This document shows positions 1 to 9,276 of a stretch of 39,385 bases of DNA, piece by piece (the first letter of the stretch is position 1; each line of letters begins with the position of its first letter). The notes below the pieces were generated by a model that saw nothing but the letters and a program-made list of their open reading frames with translations, made no database searches and was not told where the DNA came from. The stretch comes from a virus (taxonomy: Duplodnaviria > Heunggongvirae > Uroviricota > Caudoviricetes). Made by a program: the position numbers and the translations under genes. The DNA is taken from IMG/VR virus record IMGVR_UViG_2534681978_000021, one strand, 5' to 3'.

Positions 1-97
1 TGCCCGTGGTTATGTCCCCCTGAACGTTGGGATGAAGGGATCAACGCGCTATTACTGGGATATTCGTTTAGCGGGGCTAATATAGCGCGGCGATTTT

Positions 98-163
98 TTT
101 GATACCGATTTGCATTTCATTTGATACCGCTGAAAAACGCCGATACGCAACTTATTTGATACT
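98..163. repeat. attR-side putative transposase-binding repeats, three closely spaced copies (98-107, 120-129, 155-163)
   Basis: TTTGATACCG x2 and TTTGATACT; reverse complements recur at the other prophage end; tight spacing (22 and 35 bp) resembles Mu R1-R3. Confidence 0.6.
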
Positions 164-208
164 AAATCGGCGCTTTTCTTTTGGGTTTTAGAATGAGTTT
201 TTAAGCGC

Positions 209-946
209 TCATTCACTCTCTTTCAAACCAGTTTTAACTGTTTGGGGTTTTGGGTAAGGCTGGACTTTGAATAGCTTTATGTTGAGGCGTTTTCTGGCCC
301 TCTTGTTCAGAAACCGGATGTAACGAAACTGTCGGAACTTATGAACACTGGCTCTGTCGATATTAGCCCTCAGATGTTCACCTCGTTGTCCGCCTCGTTT
401 AATGGCATTCCTGCAAATCTCGTGATACCACTCGCCATCAAGTTCATAGAATGTTGATTCATGGCTGCCTACATAATCAAAATTGCTTGCCTGATACACG
501 ACACCAAGACAGCCACAACGCTCATCTGCAAACGACTGAACCCACTGTACCTGCGGATAAAGCTGTCTGATAAGTTTGAGTGCGTAACTGATGGCCCTTG
601 ATTCGGAGTTTCTCGGCATACAGTCATGCAGCCATAACCGGTTAAGCTCCATATATTCGCGGTTCTGCGTACCGGTTACGACGCGCGCTCCACTGTTTGG
701 ATTAAGGGCATAACCCCATTGCATTACGCCAACCAGCTCTCGTTCTGAAAATATACCCAGATGAAGGTAGGAGTTATTTACGAAACGGTGGCTGTAATGT
801 TTATTGACGATGACCAGTCGGGCCAGCCAGCAACTTATTGTCTCAACCCGTAACTCACGGGAGCCATAACCGACGATATTGTCGTTATAGAGAATAAGTT
901 CAGGCGTGCTGATGATACGGGATGTAACTTGTTTTCTGTTCCCCAC
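209..946 (-). CDS. mom: Mom-like DNA modification protein
   Basis: 245-aa ORF at the prophage end, start overlapped by the upstream com-like ORF exactly as in Mu. Confidence 0.85.
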   Translation of the reverse strand: MGNRKQVTSRIISTPELILYNDNIVGYGSRELRVETISCWLARLVIVNKHYSHRFVNNSYLHLGIFSERELVGVMQWGYALNPNSGARVVTGTQNREYMELNRLWLHDCMPRNSESRAISYALKLIRQLYPQVQWVQSFADERCGCLGVVYQASNFDYVGSHESTFYELDGEWYHEICRNAIKRGGQRGEHLRANIDRASVHKFRQFRYIRFLNKRARKRLNIKLFKVQPYPKPQTVKTGLKESE

Positions 947-1100
947 GACAGGATTTCCTTGTGTATGTGGGGTGCTCTGTGGCGCTCGGAGATGTGATTT
1001 GATTGAGGGTTTTACAGCGCGGACATTTTACTTCCAGATAACTGAAACTGGCCCGTGCCAGTAACTTGTTGCAGTGTCGGCACCGTATGTTTCGATACAT
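900..1100 (-). CDS. com: Com-like zinc-finger translational activator of mom
   Basis: 66 aa with CxxC...CxxC (CRHC...CPRC); AGGAGG RBS; 3' end overlaps mom start. Confidence 0.8.
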   Translation of the reverse strand: MYRNIRCRHCNKLLARASFSYLEVKCPRCKTLNQITSPSATEHPTYTRKSCRGEQKTSYIPYHQHA

Positions 1101-1142
1101 GGCCGCATAACCTCCTGCTTTGTTGATGATATCTTTCTCGCC

Positions 1143-1172
1143 TAATCGATCGACAAAAACGATCGATTCGAT
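1143..1172. promoter_or_regulatory. GATC-containing dyad upstream of com-mom (candidate Dam-methylation-dependent control region)
   Basis: AATCGATCGA ... TCGATCGATT inverted repeat with GATC at 1148-1151 and 1161-1164, about 45-70 bp upstream of com ATG; two more GATC at 1272-1275 and 1283-1286. Confidence 0.45.
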
Positions 1173-1506
1173 GTGTTTAATTGATACAACAAATAGATTG
1201 AAAAGTCATCAACAATGATTCAGGGAGGTGATTATTTACTAAAAGAAAACGAAGACTTAGGGTGTGAAAACGATCATAAAATGATCATTTTATTGACTTT
1301 TTATCCAGTGAAGGTAGGATCGCGCGCATATGTAGTATGTTTCAAATCAACAGGATACTACATAAAAGGGAAACCCAGCATAGCTGGAACTATGCTGGGT
1401 CAATCTGTAAAAACTTGCATCAATGCTTTACTTCGAGCTCGTGGCGTATCCTATGATATTCCCCGGTCTCCTGTAAAGCAGAGATATATCTGTTCAGGCA
1501 GGAAAA

Positions 1507-1713
1507 ATGGATAAACTAACCACAGACCCAAAGTTACAGGCTGCGCGAATTGCAGCTGATATTACAATTGCAGCAATGACATCCACCAGGGGTAACTTTA
1601 CCTCTTTTCATACAGCAGGTGATTCATCCGCTATGCAGTTATGGAACGCGTGCTTTTCTGATGTAATTCGTGCAATCAGCGAGTCAGTTGACCTTCGCGA
1701 ACCGCAAAAATAG
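1507..1713 (+). CDS. hypothetical small protein (uncertain; only plus-strand ORF in the com-upstream spacer)
   Basis: 68-aa ORF with ordinary composition and weak AGGA RBS; overlaps 3' end of a convergent minus-strand ORF. Confidence 0.25.
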   Translation: MDKLTTDPKLQAARIAADITIAAMTSTRGNFTSFHTAGDSSAMQLWNACFSDVIRAISESVDLREPQK

Positions 1714-1876
1714 CGCATCTTGGGGTACACAGGATCTGCATAGCTATCCACATTGCGGTGGCGAAGTTTCGATCCTGTAATGTATCTTCATCAAGTCCTG
1801 AACGTAGCGCATTGATAATTTCCGCGCTTAATCTTTCTAGGCCTTTGGTATCAGGTTGCTTTTTATTCTTGTCCAT
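1676..1876 (-). CDS. hypothetical protein (accessory island)
   Basis: 66 aa from internal ATG at 1876 preceded by AGAGGA RBS. Confidence 0.45.
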   Translation of the reverse strand: MDKNKKQPDTKGLERLSAEIINALRSGLDEDTLQDRNFATAMWIAMQILCTPRCAIFAVREGQLTR

Positions 1877-1951
1877 GATTATTGTCCTCTGATTGGTATA
1901 TAAAGCGCCCATGAAAATAAAACCGACAGGAGAAACTGCCGGTTTGTATTG

Positions 1952-2206
1952 TTACATCATGGTGCTGTCAGTTCCGGGCTGAGCCGGTTCTGGTTGCTCT
2001 GGCTGCGCGTCGGTTTTCGGTTCATTATCAGCATCACTGGCCGCTGCTGCTGGCCCAATAAGTTTTTCCAGCACCTCATCAACGTAAGTGTCGATTTGTG
2101 CCTCAAAATCCTTGCGGACCTGCGCTTTCAGCAACTTATTTACTTCACCGGAATACAGTGCCTGTTTTACCAGGTCTTCAGTGACGGTGCCTTTAATTTC
2201 TGGCAT
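1952..2206 (-). CDS. hypothetical acidic protein with Pro/Glu/Gln-rich C-terminus (accessory island)
   Basis: 84-aa ORF, strong AAGGAGGA RBS. Confidence 0.5.
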   Translation of the reverse strand: MPEIKGTVTEDLVKQALYSGEVNKLLKAQVRKDFEAQIDTYVDEVLEKLIGPAAAASDADNEPKTDAQPEQPEPAQPGTDSTMM

Positions 2207-2241
2207 GTATATCCTCCTTATGCGGGAATAAAGCCCTGCAA

Positions 2242-2427
2242 TCAGGGCTGGGTCGGGTCTTTTGGGAGCGGAGTTGCCTGCGCTGTTTTACTGAGTTTTT
2301 CAGCTGCTGCGTCCTCAATTTTGCGGCGAACATAATTTCTGATGGCCTTATAACCACCACTCACCAGATATAACGCACATACTGCCGTGCAGAAATACAA
2401 TAAAATAAGCTGTAAAAATGTCATCAT
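2242..2427 (-). CDS. small membrane protein, single N-terminal TM helix (accessory island)
   Basis: hydrophobic N-terminus FLQLILLYFCTAVCALYLV; GGGAGGG RBS before ATGATG. Confidence 0.5.
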   Translation of the reverse strand: MMTFLQLILLYFCTAVCALYLVSGGYKAIRNYVRRKIEDAAAEKLSKTAQATPLPKDPTQP

Positions 2428-2520
2428 CCCTCCCAATTATTGACATGGTGTTGACACCGGTAATATCTGTTAGGTAAAAAGGTGCACTGCATTTTTTGCT
2501 TTGGATATAACGATCTTTTT

Positions 2521-2561
2521 GCCGCCGGTTTCTTGTTTTCCCTTACCGGCGGCATTTTTTT
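2521..2561 (+). terminator. GC-rich hairpin followed by T-tract (intrinsic-terminator-like on plus strand)
   Basis: GCCGCCGGT...ACCGGCGGC stem followed by ATTTTTTTA; on the minus strand the hairpin is followed by A-rich sequence, so it is not an obvious terminator for the esterase gene. Confidence 0.4.
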
Positions 2562-2568
2562 ATCCTGC

Positions 2569-4623
2569 TTACGCGTTATTCACTTCCACCACGATACTGT
2601 CAATCAGTACCGGGTAAGTCGCATTTTTAGTGATATCGGTCACGCGCAACTTGTCTGCCGTAAACGTGCCGACCGAAGACTGCGACAGCATGAATGGTGT
2701 CCCGTCCTTACCATCAATGACCGGCGTCACCTCAATACTGTTGTTACCGGCAAAACGGAAGCCCAGCGTATGCCATTCGTTATTAAATGCGCCGAATGAC
2801 CCCAACTTCGTGTTCTGCGCCGTGTTTCCTTTGTGATACATCACGTTAAGGTCTGTGGCATCGCTCTGTACGTAGAACGATGCCAGCAGGTTATGACCGG
2901 CATTTCCTTCCAGAGTAACCCCTTGCGGCAGGGCAGAAACCGGCCAGTACAGCGCCAGTGCGTACTGATTAGCCGTAAGCGCGCCATCGAGTTTAAAACG
3001 ACAACTGACAAGACCACCTTTACCCAGCAGGTCCGCACCATTACCAGCATCATGCTCAAGGTACCAGGGGGCTCTTCCTGTTTCCTTGGTCAGTTTCATT
3101 GCCTTACCCCCGCTGGCTCCGGCATCATCCACGATTTGAGCCTTGCCACCTCCGGCAGCCCAACCCTGTGGTGTCAACCGTCCTTCAGACTCAGATGCCC
3201 GGTAAGCAAATAGCGTACTCATCGTCGTGGTGTCTGCGGGTGGCGTGGACGGTTTTGATGGTGTATCAGGTGACGGCTTCTCATCCGGTGGTGTCACGGT
3301 CTGCCCGCGCATCAGTTCAGCCGTGCGCCCTGCATGGAGCATAATAGCTGAGGCCAGACGGTCTGAAATGACGCCCCTGCGTGCCCATGAGCTGAAATGG
3401 CTGTCACGCTGTGTCGAAACAAAACTGCCCTGGGTTCGGGATGCTGCACCGTAATACCCGACAGCCACAATATCCGGGTCTTCCGCCGGAGCATTCGTTG
3501 GCGTGCTCTGTCCATTCTCATCCGTCAGGAACGGTACAAAGAAAATTTTCTGTGCTTCCTTGCCTTTGTAGCCACCGTATACTGCCTCATATTTATCGGT
3601 GCCAGCGTTTTTCCAGTAATACGTGGTATCACCGCAAATCCACGGCACCGTGGTGGCATTTCCACTCACGCACTGCGCAGCAAGCGGAGCCAGGTCAGTT
3701 CTGAACTGCTGAACCATGGCCGTGAATAAACTATTATGCTGCTGGCTTCCTGAGGCAAGGTCTGCCTCTCCCTGCATCCAGACCACAGCCAGAAGTTTGT
3801 TTTTCGGGTTTTTCGCCAGCGCGACTTTGGTGCGGCTTACCAGGTCCTGATACAGAGGTTTACCGGCCCCCCAGCGTGAAGAATCAGCGGAAGCACCGCT
3901 GGCCTCACTGAATGAGCCGTCGGCTCCAGTGGTGAATGCTGACCCGCCACGACAACAGGGCACCAGAAGTATCCCGGCATTCTGTGGGATATAGGGAAGC
4001 AGTTTTTTGGCAATATGCAACCCCTGACCGACAGTCCCGTACTGGCCTTTTGCCAGATCAGCTTTCGGGTGGTTTATCCCGCTCATATCCTGAACATCAT
4101 GCAGGCAGTGGTCTGCCGGAATGATGTCGTTGTATGTACACGACGTACCGTTGGGCGTTACCGTACTGCGGCGTGCCAGTTGCTTAATGCGTGGGTCCGG
4201 GCGGTCAAACGAATCCGGTAACGGCAGCCCCTCGCCGTAGGCCATGCCATTTGACTGACCCGCGAGAATGACAACAAAGTAATATTCCGGCTCTGAACTG
4301 CTGCCATTCGTGCTACCGGAAGGCCCGGCGTTATCCGGTGCATTCCAGTCGGAGGGCGTGAGCGTTCCGGCCACGTCAGATGTGATTGGAATGATGCCAG
4401 TCACGCCTGAACTGGTGATTTCTGCACTGGGATTACCGGATACCGGCATTACCCATAATGGCTCTTTCGTGCTGAAGCGGATCACGCAGTCTGCGAAGGT
4501 GATCCCCCCTTTATTACCCGAAGGGCGGAAAGGGCTTTCAATAAATGCCACCGTGCCACCGGCAACCTTGACTGAAAACTCTCCGGGCATGGCGGAGAGC
4601 ATTTTCCACTTGGAGTCTGACAT
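2569..4623 (-). CDS. three-module SGNH/sialate-O-acetylesterase-family carbohydrate esterase (N-terminal ~110-aa domain, esterase core, Pro/Thr/Ser-rich linker, C-terminal ~230-aa domain)
   Basis: 684 aa; GQSNG motif at residues 122-126 and downstream WMQGEAD block typical of the SASA/SGNH esterase fold; PSPDTPSKPSTPPADTT linker. Confidence 0.7.
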   Translation of the reverse strand: MSDSKWKMLSAMPGEFSVKVAGGTVAFIESPFRPSGNKGGITFADCVIRFSTKEPLWVMPVSGNPSAEITSSGVTGIIPITSDVAGTLTPSDWNAPDNAGPSGSTNGSSSEPEYYFVVILAGQSNGMAYGEGLPLPDSFDRPDPRIKQLARRSTVTPNGTSCTYNDIIPADHCLHDVQDMSGINHPKADLAKGQYGTVGQGLHIAKKLLPYIPQNAGILLVPCCRGGSAFTTGADGSFSEASGASADSSRWGAGKPLYQDLVSRTKVALAKNPKNKLLAVVWMQGEADLASGSQQHNSLFTAMVQQFRTDLAPLAAQCVSGNATTVPWICGDTTYYWKNAGTDKYEAVYGGYKGKEAQKIFFVPFLTDENGQSTPTNAPAEDPDIVAVGYYGAASRTQGSFVSTQRDSHFSSWARRGVISDRLASAIMLHAGRTAELMRGQTVTPPDEKPSPDTPSKPSTPPADTTTMSTLFAYRASESEGRLTPQGWAAGGGKAQIVDDAGASGGKAMKLTKETGRAPWYLEHDAGNGADLLGKGGLVSCRFKLDGALTANQYALALYWPVSALPQGVTLEGNAGHNLLASFYVQSDATDLNVMYHKGNTAQNTKLGSFGAFNNEWHTLGFRFAGNNSIEVTPVIDGKDGTPFMLSQSSVGTFTADKLRVTDITKNATYPVLIDSIVVEVNNA

Positions 4624-4708
4624 CGTCTTTTCTGCCTGTTTCTGAATTAAACAGAGTCAGAATAGCGACCGCTGAAAAATATGTGTTTTGCGGAAATTCA
4701 AAAAAGCG

Positions 4709-5281
4709 TCACGGTACTTTTGGTGACGGAGCTGGTGAGGCAGGAAAATAACGATAAAGGGTGGAAAGGCCAATATCAAATATCAGTGCGATTTGTTTAC
4801 GGGACTCGCCATTAGCCAGCAAACGGGCGATTTGCTCCCGCTCTTTCTCTGTCAGTTTCTGAGGTCTGCCGCCATGACGCCCCTGAGCACGGGCAGCAGC
4901 AAGACCCGCGCGTGTACGTTCAATAATGAGTTCCCGCTCCATTTCCGCCAGCGCGCCCATTATATGGAAAAAGAAACGTCCCATGGGAGTGGATGTATCA
5001 ATATTGTCCGTAATGCTGCGGAAGTTAACGCCGCGTTGCCGGAGTTCTTCTGTTAAAAGGACAAGGTGCTGCATACTGCGTCCAAGGCGATCCAGTTTCC
5101 AGACCAGCAGGGTATCCCCTGGCCGGAGTCGCTTTAATGCGCGTTTAAGTCCGGGACGCTCCCTTGTCTTACCGCTTATTCTGTCTTCGAAAAACAGCTC
5201 ACATCCTGCACATTCCAGCGCATTTCTTTGTAGCGCCGTATTCTGGTCATTTGTTGACACCCTGATATACCCAATCAGCAT
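4709..5281 (-). CDS. gin: Gin-family serine DNA invertase
   Basis: 190 aa, N-terminus MLIGYIRVSTNDQNTALQRNA... and GRFFFHIMGALAEMERELIIERT nearly identical to Mu Gin. Confidence 0.95.
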   Translation of the reverse strand: MLIGYIRVSTNDQNTALQRNALECAGCELFFEDRISGKTRERPGLKRALKRLRPGDTLLVWKLDRLGRSMQHLVLLTEELRQRGVNFRSITDNIDTSTPMGRFFFHIMGALAEMERELIIERTRAGLAAARAQGRHGGRPQKLTEKEREQIARLLANGESRKQIALIFDIGLSTLYRYFPASPAPSPKVP

Positions 5282-5345
5282 ACGATTTCCTTATTATAAA
5301 AAGCCGGAATTGTCGCATGAGGAATAAAACAGAGTTAATCCTGGC

Positions 5346-5373
5346 TTTCCTGAAAACCTCGGTTTACGGGAAA
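5346..5373. other. gix-like inversion crossover site (gin-proximal)
   Basis: TTTCCTGAAAACCTCGGTTTACGGGAAA, close match to Mu gix core AAAACCTCGGTTTAC, as recalled. Confidence 0.65.
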
Positions 5374-5375
5374 CG

Positions 5376-5720
5376 GTGAATAAGGCGGCGAATGCTCTGC
5401 CATCGGACGGCACCGCCGTTGCCGCGAATAGACTCGCCACCCCAAGAAATATTAATGGGGTTCCCTTTGACGGGACGCAGGACATAAACATCACTTCTGG
5501 TATAACACAGCAGGATGCGGATTCCCGATATATCCAGGATATCAGGCTGGGAGCAGAGAACAGGCAGGTAATGTACGGTGGGGCATATTACTCTGCGTAC
5601 GGTAATGTTATGGCAGGCCTGCAGATTGACAGTAAAGTTGATGCTTCAAACGATTTTATAGCATTCAGACCCCTGCAAAAATTAGTCGGAGGTACATGGA
5701 TTACGGTATCTCAGTTATAA
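5376..5720 (+). CDS. alternative tail-fibre C-terminal variable module (silent in this orientation)
   Basis: frame opens at the gix site, shares the repeat-encoded peptide with the expressed fibre, then diverges; no start context of its own. Confidence 0.55.
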   Translation: MNKAANALPSDGTAVAANRLATPRNINGVPFDGTQDINITSGITQQDADSRYIQDIRLGAENRQVMYGGAYYSAYGNVMAGLQIDSKVDASNDFIAFRPLQKLVGGTWITVSQL

Positions 5721-5771
5721 ATAGTCAGTAAATAATATATTTTAAAACAGATTTATTTCCAGGAGGATTTT

Positions 5772-6293
5772 ATGGAACTAAAAAATATAACCCGTTATTA
5801 TCCTGAAAATATGCCATATGGTAATAATGTTCAGTATTTCCAGAGTGAAGATGGTAAGGATTTCTACGAATCCCTGCCATTATTCACCAAAAAATATAAA
5901 CTTTGCATAACACCTGACAGCGGCGTTATCTGCTCAATATCACAGGACGCCTCGGCGCTGTATCCTGCGGGGTTTTCTGTGGTTGAGGTCGATGAACTCC
6001 CTGAAGGCACGGATATTTCAGGAAACTGGAAGTTTGATAATGGCATAATCTCCCGTATTCCGGTTAACTACGCAAGAAAACTGGAAGCAATGCGCCAGTC
6101 ATATCTTAATCAGGCATATGAAAAAATTAATGACTGGAGAACGGAGCTACAACTGGGCACCATCAGCGATGAAGACAGAGCAGCACTTACCCAATGGATG
6201 GCATACATCAGTCAGGTGAAGAAAATGGAACTACCCGCCATTAAAACAGAAGCTGAATTTAACGCCATTAAATGGCCTGAGCAGCCACAGTAA
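5772..6293 (+). CDS. tail fibre assembly chaperone (Tfa/U-like)
   Basis: 173-aa ORF immediately downstream of the alternative fibre module inside the invertible segment. Confidence 0.75.
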   Translation: MELKNITRYYPENMPYGNNVQYFQSEDGKDFYESLPLFTKKYKLCITPDSGVICSISQDASALYPAGFSVVEVDELPEGTDISGNWKFDNGIISRIPVNYARKLEAMRQSYLNQAYEKINDWRTELQLGTISDEDRAALTQWMAYISQVKKMELPAIKTEAEFNAIKWPEQPQ

Positions 6294-6324
6294 TAAAGAA
6301 GGCCGGAAGGCCTTCTGAATATCA

Positions 6325-7206
6325 TTATATACTTGCAGCCGTCACCCATGCTCCATTTAACAGATACTGCAACGGCCGGTAATACACGCCGCCGACGTTA
6401 TCTGCCGTATTCTTACCGACATCCTGTACTTTAATTCCGGTAAGAACATTGCCGCCCCCCAGATTCAGATCCCAGCTTTCCCATGTTCCGGGCATATGTG
6501 CGGTCACCGACCCCAGTCTTATGGCGGTTACTGTTCCTGATGAGATAGTGATATCCTGCGTCCCGTCAAAGGGAACACCATTAATTGTGTGGGCATTTGC
6601 CAGCCTGTTCGCGGCAACGGCGGTGCCGTCCGATGGCAGGGCATTCGCCGCCCTGTTTACCGTTTCCCGTAAACCGACGTTATCGATAAAAGCCCCTTTA
6701 TCCGGAATGTCTGCGCCGTTCTGCTCCCTGCGCAGGTAACGGTTATCACCTTCGCTTTTGCTGTAAACATCCAGATTATTACGGGCGGTTCCCTTATTCT
6801 CCAGGTCGGCGAGATTCTGATCCTTCGCCAGGGCATTAACGTCACCGGGACCAAGACTGTTTTTTGTGGCAAGCGTCCCCAGACCAAGATAACCACGGGC
6901 CAGACGCTGGGCCTCCGCACCGGCATCAGCAATTTCTTTCAGGTTATTTTTCCGGGAAAAAGCATTCGCAGCGATAATGGCTTTAATGGACAGCGTAAGC
7001 TGGTTTAACTGCGCCTTATCCGGCTGAATACTGGCTTCAGCCAGAATATTCAGCAGTTCGGCCTGGAGAATATTCAGCCAGTCCTGACCAATCCAGCTGA
7101 TACCTTTTTGTCCGTCACCTTCAGTAAACCAGGTGGTGGTATTACTCTGCGCCGGTGCCAGCGCAGGCATATTCGCCACGCCGGAATTATTATCAACATG
7201 AAACAT
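6325..7206 (-). CDS. tail fibre protein (S-like; constant N-terminal part plus currently joined variable C-terminal part)
   Basis: 293 aa; C-terminal third lies inside the invertible segment. Confidence 0.8.
   Translation of the reverse strand: MFHVDNNSGVANMPALAPAQSNTTTWFTEGDGQKGISWIGQDWLNILQAELLNILAEASIQPDKAQLNQLTLSIKAIIAANAFSRKNNLKEIADAGAEAQRLARGYLGLGTLATKNSLGPGDVNALAKDQNLADLENKGTARNNLDVYSKSEGDNRYLRREQNGADIPDKGAFIDNVGLRETVNRAANALPSDGTAVAANRLANAHTINGVPFDGTQDITISSGTVTAIRLGSVTAHMPGTWESWDLNLGGGNVLTGIKVQDVGKNTADNVGGVYYRPLQYLLNGAWVTAASI
6662..6690. other. gix-like inversion crossover site (fibre-proximal)
   Basis: TTTCCCGTAAACCGACGTTATCGATAAA, inverted copy of the gin-proximal site. Confidence 0.6.
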
Positions 7207-7766
7207 TAAATAGTCTCCTCTTCATGGCTGTTTGCATACACGTAAATAAACGTCTGCCATGCAGGCTTATAACGGTTCAGAATACATTCCAGCGCACCGC
7301 CTTCATAAATACGCAGCGGCGTGAGAATATCATCCAGCACATTCATATTCCGGTAGCCGGTTTCACTGTTAATCGTGACAATACTGACCCACTGTGAATC
7401 CGGTGATGGCTGAATATCTATTTCATAACCAAACTCTGCCGCAAACCGGATATAAAATTCACGGTTAAGAGAGGGTTTCATCCGGTATTTATTCCCGGCA
7501 TAACGCTGACGCTCCTGAATGGTTGCGCCGGTCATATCACATTCCGGTAACCCCAGATAACGCTCCCAGTCTTCCAGCAGCAGACGGGATGAATCAGGAA
7601 AACGTTCTGCCAGCATCTGGTTACCGGTCCAGGAAACACGCTCCGTGGAATGACTGAGGCCCAGGCACAAAGCCGCAAGAACGGATGACGGCCGCTTATC
7701 CCATGCCAGCCCGTCAGGCAGCAACTGCAACAGGGCGCGCTGATGCGGGGTCAGGGTTACAGCCAT
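7206..7766 (-). CDS. tail/baseplate protein (Mu gp48 position)
   Basis: 186-aa ORF between baseplate J-like gene and fibre gene. Confidence 0.6.
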   Translation of the reverse strand: MAVTLTPHQRALLQLLPDGLAWDKRPSSVLAALCLGLSHSTERVSWTGNQMLAERFPDSSRLLLEDWERYLGLPECDMTGATIQERQRYAGNKYRMKPSLNREFYIRFAAEFGYEIDIQPSPDSQWVSIVTINSETGYRNMNVLDDILTPLRIYEGGALECILNRYKPAWQTFIYVYANSHEEETI

Positions 7767-8839
7767 GTGATTTCTCCTACCGTCAGCAGCTCACTGTCTC
7801 CCGCCTGAACTGACGTCAGCGGACTGCGCACTTCAAAATCCTCCAGATTTTTCACCCCTGCCACCGCCCGCCAGAAAGACGACGGCAGAACCAGACCGCC
7901 GGGCCGGGATTCGTTATACAACAGGTCGGTCAGCGCCTGTTTTACGGCCGCCTGATTCTCCGGTGTTTTCGGGATGATCCTGATGCTGAAGGGCACCGGC
8001 TTATTGGTCAGTTTAAACACGGTCACCGTCGGCCCCAGAGGCTGTCCGACAGGCTGGCCGGTCGCCGGATCATCATGACTGCGGATATAATCCGCCACCC
8101 GCTGAACATCACCGTCACCGGGGAAAATGTCCGGGTTATTATCCTGAACAAACGTTACCCCCACGCTGCCCGCCTGCGGCCATTCCGGGCGGCACCATGC
8201 CCGCGTCACGCCCGGCACTTCACGCGCCCAGCGTTCAAAATCATACTGCGTGCCGCCGGACGGTGGATTCTGCACCCGGAAAACCAGACGGGAAAGCAGC
8301 TCCGGCACGGTTTCCACATCCGCACCACCGGTGATCCCCGTTCCGGTCACCGTGGCCGTCTGGTTGATCCCCGCCTGCGGTGTGATAAATGTCAGTTTTG
8401 TCCCTGCCGGGGCATTCCCCGCACGACCGGCACTTTCGGCTTCCACACTGACATTCAGCGTACCGGCCTTACCGGTCAGGGAGGTGGTGATACGGTAAAC
8501 CACACCATCACTTCGCTGGAGAAGCACACCTTCCTTGATCCCCGCATCCGTGGTCAGCATCAGCTGAACCGGCCCGTCCCCCCGAGAGGCAGGCTTACGC
8601 ATGACGCCCCAGAATGCACAGTGTTTCAGCAGTTCGGCTTCATCGGCTTCGGTCGGGATGATCTGACGCGCAATCCAGGCCAGATGCTCATGCTCCTGAG
8701 CAGATAACCCTGCCTGAGCGTAAGCAATGGCATTCAGGGTGGTTTCATTCACACCCGGCTGCGAGCCGGGCAGGCGCTGGCTGATATCCTGCTGTGTCTG
8801 CGTGATTAACTGTGCCAGCGGTAAAGGCTGATAAGGCAT
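7757..8839 (-). CDS. baseplate J-like protein (Mu gp47 position)
   Basis: 360 aa, synteny. Confidence 0.65.
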   Translation of the reverse strand: MPYQPLPLAQLITQTQQDISQRLPGSQPGVNETTLNAIAYAQAGLSAQEHEHLAWIARQIIPTEADEAELLKHCAFWGVMRKPASRGDGPVQLMLTTDAGIKEGVLLQRSDGVVYRITTSLTGKAGTLNVSVEAESAGRAGNAPAGTKLTFITPQAGINQTATVTGTGITGGADVETVPELLSRLVFRVQNPPSGGTQYDFERWAREVPGVTRAWCRPEWPQAGSVGVTFVQDNNPDIFPGDGDVQRVADYIRSHDDPATGQPVGQPLGPTVTVFKLTNKPVPFSIRIIPKTPENQAAVKQALTDLLYNESRPGGLVLPSSFWRAVAGVKNLEDFEVRSPLTSVQAGDSELLTVGEITWL

Positions 8840-9276
8840 TACTCCCCCTTAAGATCAGCATAAAAAATCATGGGCCTCACTGAACCATCAGGCAGGGTTA
8901 TGCGCACCGAAAGCGCCAGCCGCGCGTGTCCCACACGTTCTGCATGACAGACCACGGATGACGCCACGCCATCCTGACTGAGCCAGCCCAGCGCCTCATC
9001 CGCGTAAGCACGGGCACGGCTTATCACCGAGGCCAGCGTTTTTTCCCGGCGGAGAAGCCACAGACGGGAGCCAATGGGACGCGGGCGAAAACTGTCTCCC
9101 CACCATCCCCGGCGGTCACGCGTACCGTCAGGGATTTCATCCGATGCCAGCGCCCGGCGGTCAGTAAACAGCGAAATCAGAACGGCCGTCAGCAGACTGT
9201 CATCCGTCAGCAGGTCGGCACCGTTCAGTTGCAGCGAACCGCACCCCTGATCCCATACAATTGCAATATCAGCCAT
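8839..9276 (-). CDS. baseplate protein (Mu gp46 position)
   Basis: start taken at internal ATG (MADIAIVWDQG...) that overlaps the upstream gene stop as ATGGCTGA. Confidence 0.55.
   Translation of the reverse strand: MADIAIVWDQGCGSLQLNGADLLTDDSLLTAVLISLFTDRRALASDEIPDGTRDRRGWWGDSFRPRPIGSRLWLLRREKTLASVISRARAYADEALGWLSQDGVASSVVCHAERVGHARLALSVRITLPDGSVRPMIFYADLKGE

Larger units (their letters stand above)
5360..6676. other. Gin-invertible tail-fibre segment (G-segment-like), about 1.3 kb between gix sites
   Basis: ~140-bp inverted repeats (5355-5495 vs 6545-6685) encoding the same peptide GLRETVN(K/R)[18 protein letters not shown]...[12 protein letters not shown] on opposite strands; adjacent gin. 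Confidence 0.7.

Noticed and set aside
1215-1514. 99-aa plus-strand ORF in the com-upstream spacer
   Set aside because: No convincing RBS, spans a perfect 10-bp palindrome (CCCAGCATAG...CTATGCTGGG at about 1375-1402) and GATC-rich sequence; more likely regulatory DNA than coding
1949-2335. 128-aa plus-strand ORF overlapping the 84-aa minus-strand gene
   Set aside because: Cys/Trp/Phe-rich translation with no start context; the opposite-strand ORF has a strong RBS
8075-8707. Long plus-strand ORFs antisense to structural genes (for example 8075..8707, 12555..12932, 19495..20058, 23719..24318, 24459..24932, 26155..26886)
   Set aside because: They sit entirely inside well-supported minus-strand genes in GC-rich DNA, have Arg/Pro/Cys-rich low-complexity translations and no RBS context; typical antisense artefacts
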